Shown: piece after piece, positions 26,586 to 39,206 of the stretch
Layout: every line of letters starts with the position of its first letter
Numbering within the stretch: position 1 is the stretch's first letter
NCBI GenBank assembly: GCA_030248215.1
Contig: JASANG010000424.1
Span: 62,001-126,000, forward strand
Source: Enoplolaimus lenunculus
Taxonomy: Eukaryota
DNA: 64,000 nucleotides
Reading direction: 5' to 3'
Position numbers and translations under genes: made by a program
Notes under the pieces: model-generated
Seen by the model: the letters and a program-made list of their open reading frames with translations, nothing else
Databases searched by the model: none
What the model was told of the DNA's origin: nothing

Positions 26586-28193
26586 TGAACATAAGAAGAG
26601 GTCGAGATTCTTTTTCGGAAATGAAACTTCAATTTTAGAAATAATGAGAGTAATTTGTTTTGTTGAGCTAAACTTTCTCATGATGGGGCTGACAAACGAA
26701 AAATTACAAAAATTATTCGGAAACTAGAAACATTCTGCCACAACAACTTTATCTAATTAATATATTCGGCGAAAGTGCGAAATCTGGACCCCTCAAACGA
26801 AAGTAGCTATCCTATAGATAACGACCCTCAGAGCTAATGCGAGGTTCACGTTATAACCGGTGCAGTTTGGGACATGTTTTGTTTCTATTAGACTATTGTG
26901 TAACATTTTGTCTGCTTATACACGCCATATCATATTCAAAAAGTCGTATTTGTCTGTGATCATCAAGTTCCGTGGTCCACATTCCGTCCTTTTACCTAAT
27001 ATTTTTGGTTCATGTAATCCTAAAAATAAACTTCAGCTCACTGGTTCAAAAAGTTGCAAAGCCTCAAAAACAGGTGCTGTTTTTAGCCTTTAGGACCAAT
27101 ACCGCAACGCAAATAAGCTCAGAAACCGTTCTCGCTCGCAGCGTTTGCTCGCGAAATATCTTGATCTAATATGACACCATCAACTATGTCACTTACACCA
27201 AGCAAGAAACAAATTAATGATAGCTAAAAGGGATTTTCCGCTACACCGCCCATCAGACATCTGTTACTTTATAACCTAAAAACGCTGAATGGTCAGTAGT
27301 TTAACCTGTGAAATTTTAATTTCATAAATATTTTCTTAATTTTCAAAATTGTTTAAAAAAGCGGATAATATGACATTTTTATATTTGATTTGGACGGCGG
27401 ATCTATCGGATTTATTTCAGACACGTAGTCAGTGTCGAAAAAAGTGTAAGCCAAAAGCCTAAGCGTTAAAAAGGTGTAAGCGTACCCCTAAGCAATTGTA
27501 TTTAGTTTGAAAATCCACGTTTCAGTTGATACTAAACGACGCCCTAAAAGAAAGCATGGTTAAATGATTAGCTGGTACAAATTGAATTTGCGCGCAGTAT
27601 TTTTGACATTAAGGATACAAAAAATTGCACTAAAGTCTGCAAAACCCTATTCCCACGTACACGTTTTTGCTGCAAGAACTTGCAGCTACAACTAGTACAT
27701 GCAAGTTTTGTCCAAAATAGCATTCGAAAAACTACTATTGCAGCTGCAAATAATTGATTAAAAATCATAGTTAGGAATTTAGTGCACATGTGCGAATAAC
27801 CATGCAAGTTCACTGAATTTATTGCAGCCGCTTTCTCATTGGCTGATGAAAAAATGCAAGTTCTGCGTGCAATTTGCAGTTACAAGTTCTTGCAGCAAAA
27901 ACTTGCACATGTGTATAGGGTATTAAAATGCTTTTTTTCTTGCCTTTGTAAATGCTTTTTTTACTTGTCTTTGTGTAGATTATTCCAAGGGACAGACATG
28001 GCAACGGTGGCGAATTGTGACTCTAGCACTCAGATTAATTATTCCATTCGAAATGTGTAGAAAGCTGAGCTGTTCAGTTCAAACTGAGTAATAGCAACAT
28101 GGCAAAGAAAAATTTCGGGCTCTCGAATTAATTGGAAAAGGTACTAAAGACAGTACTGACCAATATGTTAACGCATTATAAAATAAACACCAG

Positions 28194-28619
28194 GACCCAT
28201 GTATAGAACAGAACACTGCAAAAAATGGTGAGTCAAATTGACCCTCTCCGAAATAGGCTCTACGGGACTACACAAACTGAGTCAAATTCGACCCCGCCAG
28301 AGTCAAACATGCGACTCAGTGAATCGAATTTGACTCTGCCGGACTCGAATTTTGACTCAATTTGTGTAGTCCCGTAGAGCCTATTTCGGAGAGAGAGTCA
28401 ATTTGACTCACTATTTTTTGCTGTGAACCCTAACAGTAGTATAAGCATATTCCTAAGCCTAAGTCTAAGCCTAAGCCTAAGCCTAAGCGTGATGAGCCTA
28501 TTCCTAAGCCTAAGCGTAAGCCTAAACCTAAGCATAAGCAAAAACGTTAGTCTAAATGTTACACTGACTCTATTACAGCCCCGTCGGAAAACGATCAAGC
28601 CTTGTTCTATACATGGGCC
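28194..28619 (-). mobile_element. Telomeric-repeat MITE (subfamily 1) interrupted by a family-A CACTG MITE
   Basis: Perfect 8-bp TSD aacaccag on both sides; GCCTAA array at ~28452-28515; nested element 28214-28425. Confidence 0.88.
28214..28425. mobile_element. Family-A MITE nested in a telomeric-repeat MITE
   Basis: aa|cactgcaaaaaatggtgag...ttttttgctgtg|aa. Confidence 0.88.
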
Positions 28620-28920
28620 AACACCAGAACCACAGATACAGATGATCAGCCTGATTTCTGGCTTATAGACAGCTATTAATTATTGCATAAGAATGATCAG
28701 TCAGTTTGTGATTGGCTACTTTTGAAACGTATTCGACTTGTATACTTTAGTTTCTGTATCTGAGTTAAACCGAAATCAATTTAGTGATCAAAGATCGGGT
28801 CAACTCTCATGTCTCTTCAACCCTGCAAATGTCCATTAAAACGACCAGTTGATGAAATATATTCTGAAATGAAACTGTCAGAAACGAAACTATTAAAAAG
28901 CGTTTAACACTCTCAATATG

Positions 28921-29108
28921 AGCCAGATAAAGATCAGAAGCAGAACGTTTTTCTGTGGGACTGAAATAGAGTAAGCATAACGTTTAGACAAATTTTTCTG
29001 CTTAGATTTAGACTTAAGCTTAGGCTTACGTAAAAACTCATTGTTATACGCTCTCAGGCTTAGGAATATGCTTATACTACTGTTCCGCCCCTGTTGCATA
29101 CATTGACC
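28921..29108 (+). mobile_element. Telomeric-repeat MITE, diverged
   Basis: aagatcagaagcagaacgtttttc...ggaatatgcttatactactgttccgcccctgttgcatacattgacc. Confidence 0.7.
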
Positions 29109-31791
29109 GTGAATATTATATGGGTTAAGGGTTGAAAAAGCAATTTTGACTAAACTCATTGTGCAATAATTTACGGCTTAGGACAGGAAACAATTTATGC
29201 TGGTCTCCTGGGTTACAAAACAAAGATTGATTTTAGAATTATTTCAAAATTTTAAAATAAAATGTACCAAAATCCAACGTATACTGCATTGGTTGAAAAT
29301 TTTTAAATAAAAAGATATTAATTTGCAATGCTTTAAAAGGTTACGTCATATTTAGTTAAACATTCAGGGTGGCGCAATACTTTTGATGACGTCCGACGCC
29401 GTCCGTCACTGTCCGGCGCCGTGCTTCGCCGTTCGGTGCCGTTCATCACTGTGCGGCACCCTGCGTCACCGTTCAGCGTCGAGCGGCACCGTTCGTCGCC
29501 TTTCGTTACCGTGACGTACGGTACCTTTCGATGCCGGACGTAGACGGAAACGCACGAATAGTATAGCGTAACCCTATTGTGTTATCAGTGAAAATTTGCT
29601 TGCCTCGCCTTATAGACGTACTTAATAGGCAGTGGCGTATCCAGTAATTTCTATAAAGGAATCGTAGATAAATAACCGTGGGAAAAACTGCAAGCGAGAA
29701 GCACAATGACATTTCTAATGCTAAACCTTTTAATAAATAACCTTGTGCTTGATCCTTATTAGGGGGTGGGAGTATGGTCGGGGTGGTATTCCCTTTCTTG
29801 GATCGTCCAGTGTACTCACAGGCGGATATGGTCGTGTTTGTTTGAAATTATACCTTAGCTATATTTACCATATTGTCCAAAATCTAAGCTAAAGTTTCAT
29901 TCGTGAGAAGGTTGTCGAATAATCTGCATTACTGTAGCTAAAATAGTAAATGATGCATATTTCAAACAAGAATATGAAACGGGCTTCATTTGTTTGCAAA
30001 AATGTACCCGACACGCGTTGCGTTTTAGGCCTTCCCCCGTTTATTTATGGTGAGCTACAACATGTGCAAACCATGAATACTTTATGTATCCGGCATCAAA
30101 AATGTCCCGTTTATAGGTTAATTTTAGGGTTATTACATGTGACAGCGTCTCCCGTCCAAACAAGAGGGTCGGCCGAAAACGCAATGCTCGGTTGTACATT
30201 TTGTACCATGCGGAACTCCAAGAGTTGTACGCTCTTGTACCACACATTATTTCTGTAACTATTCCTATACTTAAAAGCCAGTTGTTAAAGATGGGATACT
30301 GGCAACGAATATCTAACGCTCAAATTGTTAGTTTTTTCAACCTTATCCGCTGTGTCAAAACTACCTCCATTTTCATTAATTTTTTTAAACAATTTTATGC
30401 CAAAATTTCTTTTATCAAAAAATTTCTAGAATTGTAAAATATAGTCAAATAAGTATAATTTTTAAATTTTAAGCCTAATCCTGATGTTACCATTGTATGA
30501 GAGGTAGGTATAAGCTTATTAGGCTTGCGAAGAATGTCAGATTTCTTCATGTTTAGCTTAAAGACTTTCCTAGCATCCTTTAAACTACGACACGAGTTCT
30601 TTAAGGTCGAATTTAAGTGAAAGGAAAAAGATATATATATTCCGTAAAGAAAATTACTTTAAACAAGATATAGAATAAATTTCTAGATCCAAGAAATCAA
30701 GATTTTATTGTTGGTAAAATTATACTTTCGCGAAATAAAATTTTAGCCACGCCACTGTATTGTATTACACATACTAGTCGGACAGCTTTGTGCAATACGC
30801 AAATGTTAGCGAATGTATAACAATCTGTATGCAAAGTTTACTGTTCGCAGAACAATCACGTTTTTGTTTTAAGAAAATATATATTGTAAATAAAGTAATG
30901 CTGGAATATTGATTACGTATGTAGGGCATTCCGGCCTTAATTATTCAAATATTCCCTCTAAGAATTTGTAAAGACGAACAGTTAAGCACTTTTAACAAGA
31001 TTTAGAATAACTTTCCGAATTCTAGAAATCAAGAATTTGTTTTTTTAAAAATTATACCCTCACGAAATGAAACTTAGCTACGCTGCTGGTGTTCATTACT
31101 ATATAATTTTGAATAAAAATACCCGCATCAACTTGAAAACTCATGCTACACGGCAAAAACGGGTGGTGAGTCGAATTTGACTCGGACGGAGTTGAATTTG
31201 GCTCACTTTGTGTAGTCAGGAAAAGCGTATTTCGGAGAAAGTCAATTTGACTCACCATTCTTTACAGTGTATATACTCTAGCGGAAATCTCTAAACATTC
31301 TTACTATCGTCTGTTTAGGTTCTACAAACATTAAAGTCCACGTGGCGAGTTATAGCTATTTTGCCCGTGTCATATACAGATGGAAAAGCTAGCGAACTTA
31401 AGCGAAACGAGGACACACAGAATGTTTGAGGTTATATACACACTTTAGAAACACAAACTTTAGCATACAAGTGAACATCGCTAGTGTGAACGTGGGTATT
31501 TGGCTATTTTCAATGGTCGCGTCACAGTCGTCGTTGTTTGTTTGGGTTTGAGGGCGACGTTTGGGACAACGTAAAGCTTGAATGTGAAAATACTGAGAAT
31601 AGCCGATATACGAGAGAAGAGAGGAACAACAAAACGAGCCAGAAACAATGATACACCGACGAGAAATGATGAAGAAGTGAAACCAAAAAGACACACAGGA
31701 TGAGACAAAGAACGAAAAAACAGACAAGACATAAACAGAGAGCAGAGAGCGAAAAAGGTACACACAGCGGACGACTGAACGAAACGACCAA

Positions 31792-32078
31792 GGATCATGC
31801 AAAGGCCAGAGGCGGAACAGTTTTGTGTTGGACTGCAATAGAATAAACTTTCTTAAGCCTAAAACTAATTTTGTTGCTATTAGAGTTAGGCTAAGGCTTA
31901 AGCTTAGGTGTAAGCTTATTCTTACGCTTAGTCTTAGGCTTAGGCTTAAATCTAAGCTAATTCTTACGCTCAATCTTAGGCTTAGGCTTAAATATAAGCT
32001 CATTCTTACACTTACGCTTAAGCTTAGGCTTTAGCAATATGCTTTACGACTGTTTAGGCTTTGTTCTATACATTGGTC
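31792..32078 (+). mobile_element. Telomeric-repeat MITE, diverged
   Basis: gaggcggaacagtttt...degenerate TTAGGC blocks...ttgttctatacattggtc. Confidence 0.7.
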
Positions 32079-32674
32079 AACCAATATTAAATTAATGCTG
32101 GTTTAGCGTTTGATGGCATATATCTACCAGTTTTGATGATCAATATTGTTAGCTTATTTTGATTTTCATACGTCAAGCAACGGGTATTCTTTACGATTAG
32201 GCTTTTCAAGACTCCCTATAACATGAAAATATACATATTTTCCTCGCTGAGAGCCAGTAGCTGAATTTAACGCAATATATATGCCTAATCTAGTCTGTGT
32301 ACAAGGGTGCAGTTTCTGAAATACTCGATCAGAAATGGGGCAGTTGAAGAAATTTAGCAACAATTACCGTAAAAATTAAATTTTGAATTCAAATAATTAG
32401 ACAATTTTCAAAAAATAATATTAAAATTTTAAAACAAGTTTCACGTCGCATGCGGGGTGGCGTTAACACGACCACCCTTAAAGGCAGGAGACTGCGCTTC
32501 GAGTGAAGTAGTAGTTTTCACCTCACGCTATCAGACAGCATGAACTTTTCAGTTGAGTTGTTTATAGAAATTGTGATCTTGATTGCGGCAAGATTTCTGA
32601 TACGGAACAAATAAGCATTTCTGTGTAGTTTTCTGCTAAAAATATAAAATTTAGCTAGAGAACGAAAATATTAA

Positions 32675-32937
32675 CCCTTTCTCACATGAACATTTTCTAT
32701 TTCGCCTGAGACTTATTTTTATGCTAGGATTCGAACTCCGGTGACTGGAGTGAGAGGCGTATACCATCACCACTCAGCTATAGGAGCTTGACGTTCGAGC
32801 CCAAGGGGGCTCTCACGTCTTGTGGTGATTTAGTACTAAGTATACGTGTTGCTATTGTTAAACACGGTGCGATATATATTATTCAACGTATATACACTGC
32901 GCTGAGTTGCCCAGAGGCAACTCAATGTGAGAAGGGG
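32675..32937 (-). mobile_element. piggyBac-type MITE (TTAA TSD) carrying a tRNA-like A/B-box cassette
   Basis: TTAA|ccctttctcacat...atgtgagaagggg|TTAA; minus strand contains tagctgagtgg...gttcgaatcc. Confidence 0.85.
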
Positions 32938-34130
32938 TTAAACAAAATGTATTCGTCAGTATTTGTATACTCAAAAATGTGTAGCACATATCACCGGTTA
33001 ATTTTGATTTCAAACAAACAATCGGTGTGGCACCTGCAGATCTCAGAATCTCGCTCACAAATATAAGATAGAAGTTTTCCAACAACACGCTTGTAATTCG
33101 GGCCCCTATCCAAAGTGAATCCAACGAAGCTGTAGTCACCCTGTTAAAAATTTGCCCCCCCCCACAGAAAATTTTTAACCTTGCTTGTAAGTCGTCGAAA
33201 ATCGTTGTATACCCCTCCTGACAAATTTTATCCACTGATAGCAAGATGAGCTAGCTTCGGGTCTGTTGAAATTGTTGGCATACTCTATCCTATTGCGCCG
33301 GTCCTACTCCTAGCTAGACACGCACACAGTAATTACAGACTTAAATTTTTGCTAATATGCTGTCTACGCATGAGCTTTGTCTGAGGTCGTGTATAAAATG
33401 AGTTTAAAATCGTATTAAACCGTTGTCGAAGTCAACAAAAATGTCAGGAACCAAAATTTTACATTTGTTTGGAACGTGCCAAAAACTACATGACACATTT
33501 AATACCTTAGCATCGCAGCCTAAGCACTTCCACACGTTAGTTGTGTTTCCGAAACCCTACTTAAGTACGACTAAGTACTTAAGTACGAGCTAAGTAATTG
33601 CTTAGCTATTTTGCCGTTTTTAAAAGCGTACTTTAGTTAAGTAGATACTTAAGTCGCTGACTAAAATTGGTATGCTACAAATTAACCGCTCACTCAAAAT
33701 AACCTTGGCCTAATAGAAATTGTAGACTAATGATGCCTCCTTATACTATAGAGCAAAACTGTTAGTTTCTTGTAATGACAATGACCGTTATGTGGCGTTT
33801 GTTTTGTTGTGCTCAAAAATTTAAGTATTTACTTAAGTCGGCGACTTAGATAACGACTTAAGTAATAACATAAGTAAAAACTTAAGTAAGATTTCAGACA
33901 CCCAGCCTTTAGCTATAAAACAAAGCATACCCGCGTTTATAAGTACATTAGATACATCCTAAAACTGGGTTTGTCACTATCTTAATTTAATAGACTCAAT
34001 CAATTTAGTATGATGTCATAGAAACTGTAAAATCGTTCTGAGCTCGCATCCGCTAGTATACTAGAAGGGGTACCTTGGGCAAAAAAACTCTTACTTTCTG
34101 TGCATATCCGTGTTTCATCTTCCGTATGAC

Positions 34131-34334
34131 GACCCATGTTAAGATCAGGTCGGAACGTTTTTCAGTAAGACTAAAAAAGAGTAAGCTTAAGCTCTAGACT
34201 AATTTTTTTTTGCTTGGCTTAGGCTTAGGTTTAGGTTAAGATATGCTCATTCTTACGCGTAGGCTTAGGCTTTGGCTTATTAAGTTTAGAAATATGCTTA
34301 TAATACTGTTCCGCCCCTGTTCTTTACATTGGCC
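34131..34334 (+). mobile_element. Telomeric-repeat MITE, subfamily 2
   Basis: gacccatgttaagatcagg...ccgcccctgttctttacattggcc; flanks cgtatgac/cgtacgat. Confidence 0.8.
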
Positions 34335-34537
34335 CGTACGATTATGGGCACGTAGAGCAATAGACGGATAATAGATCAAATGCGGGTTATATAATATTCA
34401 CTAGAAATATTTAAACATCGGGACTACTGCTAAATGTCTTCAGCTGAAGTTACTGGTCCCCTCCAGCGAGTTCGATTGGCTGCGAACCTTGTAAACTTTT
34501 AGATGGAATTAAAAAAGCTGAACGGCTTCAAAATTTT

Positions 34538-34930
34538 GGCCGCTGTATAAATCAGGAGTGGAACGTTTTTCCGCGGGACTGCAACAGAGTGAGCTTAAGC
34601 TTTAGACAAATTTTTAGATTACGTTTAGGCTTAGGTTTAAGCTCATACTACGCCAAGGATTAGGCTTATGCTTGTATTACTGTTGCAGCCCTGGCTCATG
34701 CATTAGTCGAGTTACAGTTAATATTTAAGATGCTTTGAAACAAAATTTGATATTTTAAATTCCTTAAAACAAGGCTTAGGTTTAAGCTCATAGTACGCCT
34801 AGGCTTTTAGACTTAGGCTCAGAGGAATAAGCTTGTACTACTGTTGCAGCCGTGGCTTATACATTAGTCGATTTACGGTAAATCGTGAAAAAAATTTGAT
34901 ATTTCAAATTCCTTGAAACGAGGCTTAAGT
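34538..34930 (+). mobile_element. Telomeric-repeat MITE with a local tandem duplication of its right half plus flank
   Basis: ggccgctgtataaatcaggagtggaacg...; the segment aggcttaggtttaagctcata...cattagtcga...aaatttgatatttt..aattcctt occurs twice (~34626-34772 and ~34772-34920). Confidence 0.6.
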
Positions 34931-35129
34931 TTTTATGGTAAAACGGTACAGCGGCGTGCTTACCCCCGTCTGACGACAGACTTATAAGGATACAATACAA
35001 ACTGTCAGCGACGTAGCGTAAATTTCATTTTGAGAATTCCGATAATTTCAACCAATGGCGTTACTGCAAACGGCCGCTTTTTATAATTTTCTCATCTTTT
35101 AAAGAATTTGGCTAAATTAACCAATCGTC

Positions 35130-35331
35130 GGCCCATGTTACTTTTAGGGTTGTCTCGGTTTCTGGTGGGTCTGTAAACAAGTAGGCTTTACATTCTAGAT
35201 TACATTTTTTGCCTAGGCTTAATAGGCATAGGCTTTAAGGCAAAGGAATACGCGTTTGCAACGCTTAGGATTAGGCTTAGACTTAGGAACATGCTTAATC
35301 TACTGTTACGACCCTAAAAGTAACATTGACC
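35130..35331 (+). mobile_element. Telomeric-repeat MITE, subfamily 3
   Basis: ggcccatgttacttttaggg...ccctaaaagtaacattgacc; flanks caatcgtc/caggcgtc. Confidence 0.8.
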
Positions 35332-35954
35332 CAGGCGTCTATACTCCCTCGGTGTTTACGCCGCCGAGAAAAAACAACATCTATTTCGAGTTTATTCGGC
35401 CTATCATATTAATGTCAACAGCACTGTGAGTAGAAACAAACGGAATACGAACCTAAACCCGAATGTTGCTTCGTATATATATTTCCTGGCTGTTCAATGT
35501 TAGCATAGCACTGTATCATAGATGTACCGTTGAAAACGTGGGACATTGCAAGAATGTACCCGTTTGTAAAAACTTTTTGTCAAATAGAAATACTGTGTAA
35601 TTGAATAATTGTTTATAATTGGATAATTCTATTTTTGCAAACATTTAGGGGTATTTTCGATGGCAGAGGCGTCCTGCAGTTCAAGGCAACACAGTGTACG
35701 CTAGTGCAAAATGGGTATGGTTAAAAGAAGACACCGGAACCTATATATATGACAATATGCCTGACTATATTTTGACCCTCTTTCTATTGGTATTAACCAG
35801 GCTTTAGAGTATGTCGAACACCAATTGTACATATATATACATATAGTTTGTGTGTAAATCAATATGCCAAAGACACAACATACATTATTTGTTCGCATAA
35901 ATAGCTGTAAATTATTAGAAGTGAGTGAAGTTCTGCGGTTTCACCCCATTTGAC

Positions 35955-36347
35955 CTTACGCCTTTGGCTTACGCTTAGGCTTAGACTTAGGCTTAGGCTT
36001 AGGCTCAGGCTTTGGCTTAGGCTTCGTCTTAGGCTTAGGCTTAGGCTTCGTCTTAGGCTTAGGCTTAGACTTAGGCTTAGGCATAGGCTTAGGCTTAGGC
36101 TTAGGCTTAGACATAGGTGTAGGCTTAGACTTAGACATACGCTTAGGCTTACGCTTAGGCTTCGTCTTAGGCTTAGGCTTAGGCTTTACATAGGCTTAGA
36201 CATAGGCTTAGGCTTTAGGCTTAGACATAGGCTCCGTCTTAGCCTTAGGCTTAGGCTTAGTACTAGGCTTAGGTGTACACCTAGGCATAGACTTAGACTG
36301 AGGAATATGCTTATGCTACTGTTGCGGTCCTGTTCTATACATTGGCT
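35955..36347 (+). mobile_element. Telomeric-repeat MITE remnant with ~350-bp (TTAGGC)n-type array, left end missing
   Basis: Long TTAGGC array with variants (TTAGAC, TTACGC, TTCGTC), ending in ggaatatgcttatgctactgttgcggtcctgttctatacattggct. Confidence 0.8.
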
Positions 36348-37902
36348 GGGTCAGCTAAGCGGCGTGGGCAGACTAAAATGAAATGAAATGTTCAAAACGA
36401 AGAGTTCAACGGACGTGGGCATGTTTTATAAGGTGGTACAAGAAGCTTTCAGAGTTATATATGCTACAAATTTTGAACTCAAACAAGGTTTGCTGGTTTG
36501 ATTAAACCAACTTGGCGGTTTTGTGCTGTCGAATCGTTATTCTCAGCTGTGTGTAATAGATTCTTGAATCAACGAATTCTGAGAACTGCGGAACTAAATG
36601 TTTTGGTTTGCAGCAGGATATATTAATTAAATACACCAGTCAGTTGGCTTTGCGCAAAACGCAAAATTTAGCGAATACACAACAATTTGTATGCATATTG
36701 TCATTCACGGAACAATCCCGTTTCTGTTGTAAGAATATATTATAAAGAAAGTAATGCTGCAACGTTGCCCAAAATCTAATCTATATATTAATGCTCGAAC
36801 GGCCCCACATACGTATTTTGGGCCAGTTTCCAGAATATTTGTTTACATTAGTTTCATAGCACATACGTAGACACAATTGTTCTATAATTAGAAAATTTGC
36901 ATACATACTTTTATGTATTATTCGCTAACGCTTTTGCGCATTGCGCAAAGTTGGACGACTAGTTATAAAGTATTTGTAAAAATTACGAAAAATGCATTTG
37001 TTTTCGTATCAAGCGAATTTCAGTAACCGACAAAACCGGCCCGTAGCCAAGGGGAGCCAGGGGACTCAGTGCCCCCTTGAAATATTTCGTAACTGTAAGA
37101 CACTAAAAACTCTAGTATGCTCCTCCTGATAATTTTTAGCCCCCCCCCCCCTAGCAAGGTGAGCTGGCTAAGGGTCTGTAACAAAAGCTTTACCAACCGA
37201 TTGTAATACCGGTTCCGGAATCGCCCGTTTTGGTTACGATTGACGTTCCGGACAACAACATTTTTTGTTCAAATGTAAAGAAATTTGACTTTGTTAGAGA
37301 CAAAGAAAATAAAGTAAAACTGAAAAATTGCAAATTTGTGTTTTGTAAGAACAGGCGAACAATATTTAAGCTTAAAATACTTTACGTAATTTTGAAATTT
37401 GTAATTCACGGCTCAGCAACGAATTGAAATTACATTTTTTGCAGTTAAAAATGTTTAAACTTATCGCCCATGTAAAGATCTGGGGCTGACAGTATTTCTG
37501 AGGGACTAGAATAGAGTAAGCTTAAAGCTTTGCACAAATTTTTTGCTTAACTTTTGGCTTAGGCTTAGGCTTAAGCTTAAGCTTAAGGGTGTGCTCATTC
37601 TTTTGCAGTAAAATACCGACACAAATGAGTTTGTAGTTCTTTATAGCGCATAATGCAGCTTTACTTCTTTGGCTTAGCGCACGGTGTGTTCCTGGCGTTC
37701 TCCCATTATTCAAGGGGACCGGATGAAAGTATATTCAGTTGCACACTCTTGTCGATAGTCATTATTGACTCTTGCCTTAAACAAGACTCAAGAAGTATAT
37801 GACAGCAAACTGTGACGTTTTGGCACCTCCTGAATCCCAAAAATGAGTCCTTACATGGTTCTCTGAAAAACGTCCCTTTGACTCAAGATATTGAGACTCC
37901 TA

Positions 37903-38161
37903 AGGGTGCGGTATACCTGTCGCGTGATATCGTCCGTCACCGTACGAAATCCATCCGGCTGCGTCTGTGACCGTACGTCACCTATCCGGATGCGTCCGTC
38001 GCCCGTCCCGCAGCTGTTCCCACATTGCGTTACGGTGCTGTATCGTATGCGAATTACACACGTACGATATCGTTGCGGACGGTCACGGACAGCGTGGAAT
38101 GGTGACGGACGGCGCCGTACGGATGATGAACGGTGCCGAACTACAAATATAGCGCTACCCT
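37903..38161. mobile_element. GC-rich Harbinger-like MITE (relative ~29366-29575)
   Basis: agggtgcggtata...tatagcgctaccct; CCGTC/GACGG-rich interior. Confidence 0.65.
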
Positions 38162-38451
38162 TAAACTGTCAATATGTCAAGCAATTATACAGCACGCATT
38201 ATGAAACATTAGGCTGTGGTTTATAGACTATCATATTTAGCTGGTTAGCAAATTAACAATGGAAAGCGACCCCCACGCAGTTAAGGGAGACTATTCTGTG
38301 TATGGGACCCTGTGACAGAACGTTAATACCAAATATGCGGCTAAAACGTCCGACACTGTGATTTATTTACTTTTGCCTTTAATAAAACTGCGCACAATAA
38401 TGCTAAAATATTATATTTTATACAAATATGATTTTTGGCTATAACGTTTAT

Positions 38452-38893
38452 GGCCCATGTGCATAGAACATGGCCGGATCGTTTTCCGGCGGGGCTGTAT
38501 AATAGAGTCCATTTAAGCTTTGGACTTACTTTTTCGTTTAGGCTTAGGCTTAGGCTTAGGAATAGACTCGTCCTTATGCTTAGGCTTAGGCTTAGGCTTA
38601 GGCTTAGGAATAGGCTCATCCTTATGCTGGCCCATGTATAGAACAGGGCCGAAAGCTTAAGCTTTAGACTAATTTTTTGCTTATGCTTAGGCTTAGGCTT
38701 AAGCTTAGGTATAAGCTCATTTTTATGCTTAGGCTTAAGCTTAGGCTTAGGCTTAAGTTTAGGAATATGCCTATATTACTGTTCCGACCCTGTTGTATAC
38801 ATTTCACCTTATGCTTATGCTTAGGCTTAGGCTTATGTTTAGGCTTAGGAATATGCTTATACTACTGTTTCGGCCTTGTTGTATACATGGGCC
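38452..38893 (+). mobile_element. Telomeric-repeat MITE containing a second copy of itself (38629-38807)
   Basis: Outer TSD acgtttat/acgtttat; inner TSD cttatgct/cttatgct. Confidence 0.9.
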
Positions 38894-39206
38894 ACGTTTA
38901 TGCTTCTAACAGAAAACCAAGTCATTTACATTAATATAACTTAGCTATGAAAGCAATTAGCTACAGGCAAACTAAAGTGAACTATGAAACTAGCATCAGA
39001 GTGCTAATTACGAGCGTATTCATAATAGAAAAACACGGACAATGCTTCTGAACGGAAATACCAATAATTAGTTGCCGAGCAAAGACATGTGCAGTTGAAA
39101 ACGGGGCAAACTGGCGAACAAAGTCAGGGGGGTATATTTCACATTACCTTTGAACGAAATCATTGAAGTTAAGTAATTCAACTTTAGTTGAACAAAATAG
39201 AATTTT

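Noticed and set aside
35950..36381. ORFs with LRLR/KPKP/LGLG/SLSL repeats (also 26196-26727, 28398-28668, 31825-32034, 38341-38934, 44759-44993, 46131-46370)
   Set aside because: These are translations of TTAGGC/GCCTAA arrays inside MITEs, not proteins.
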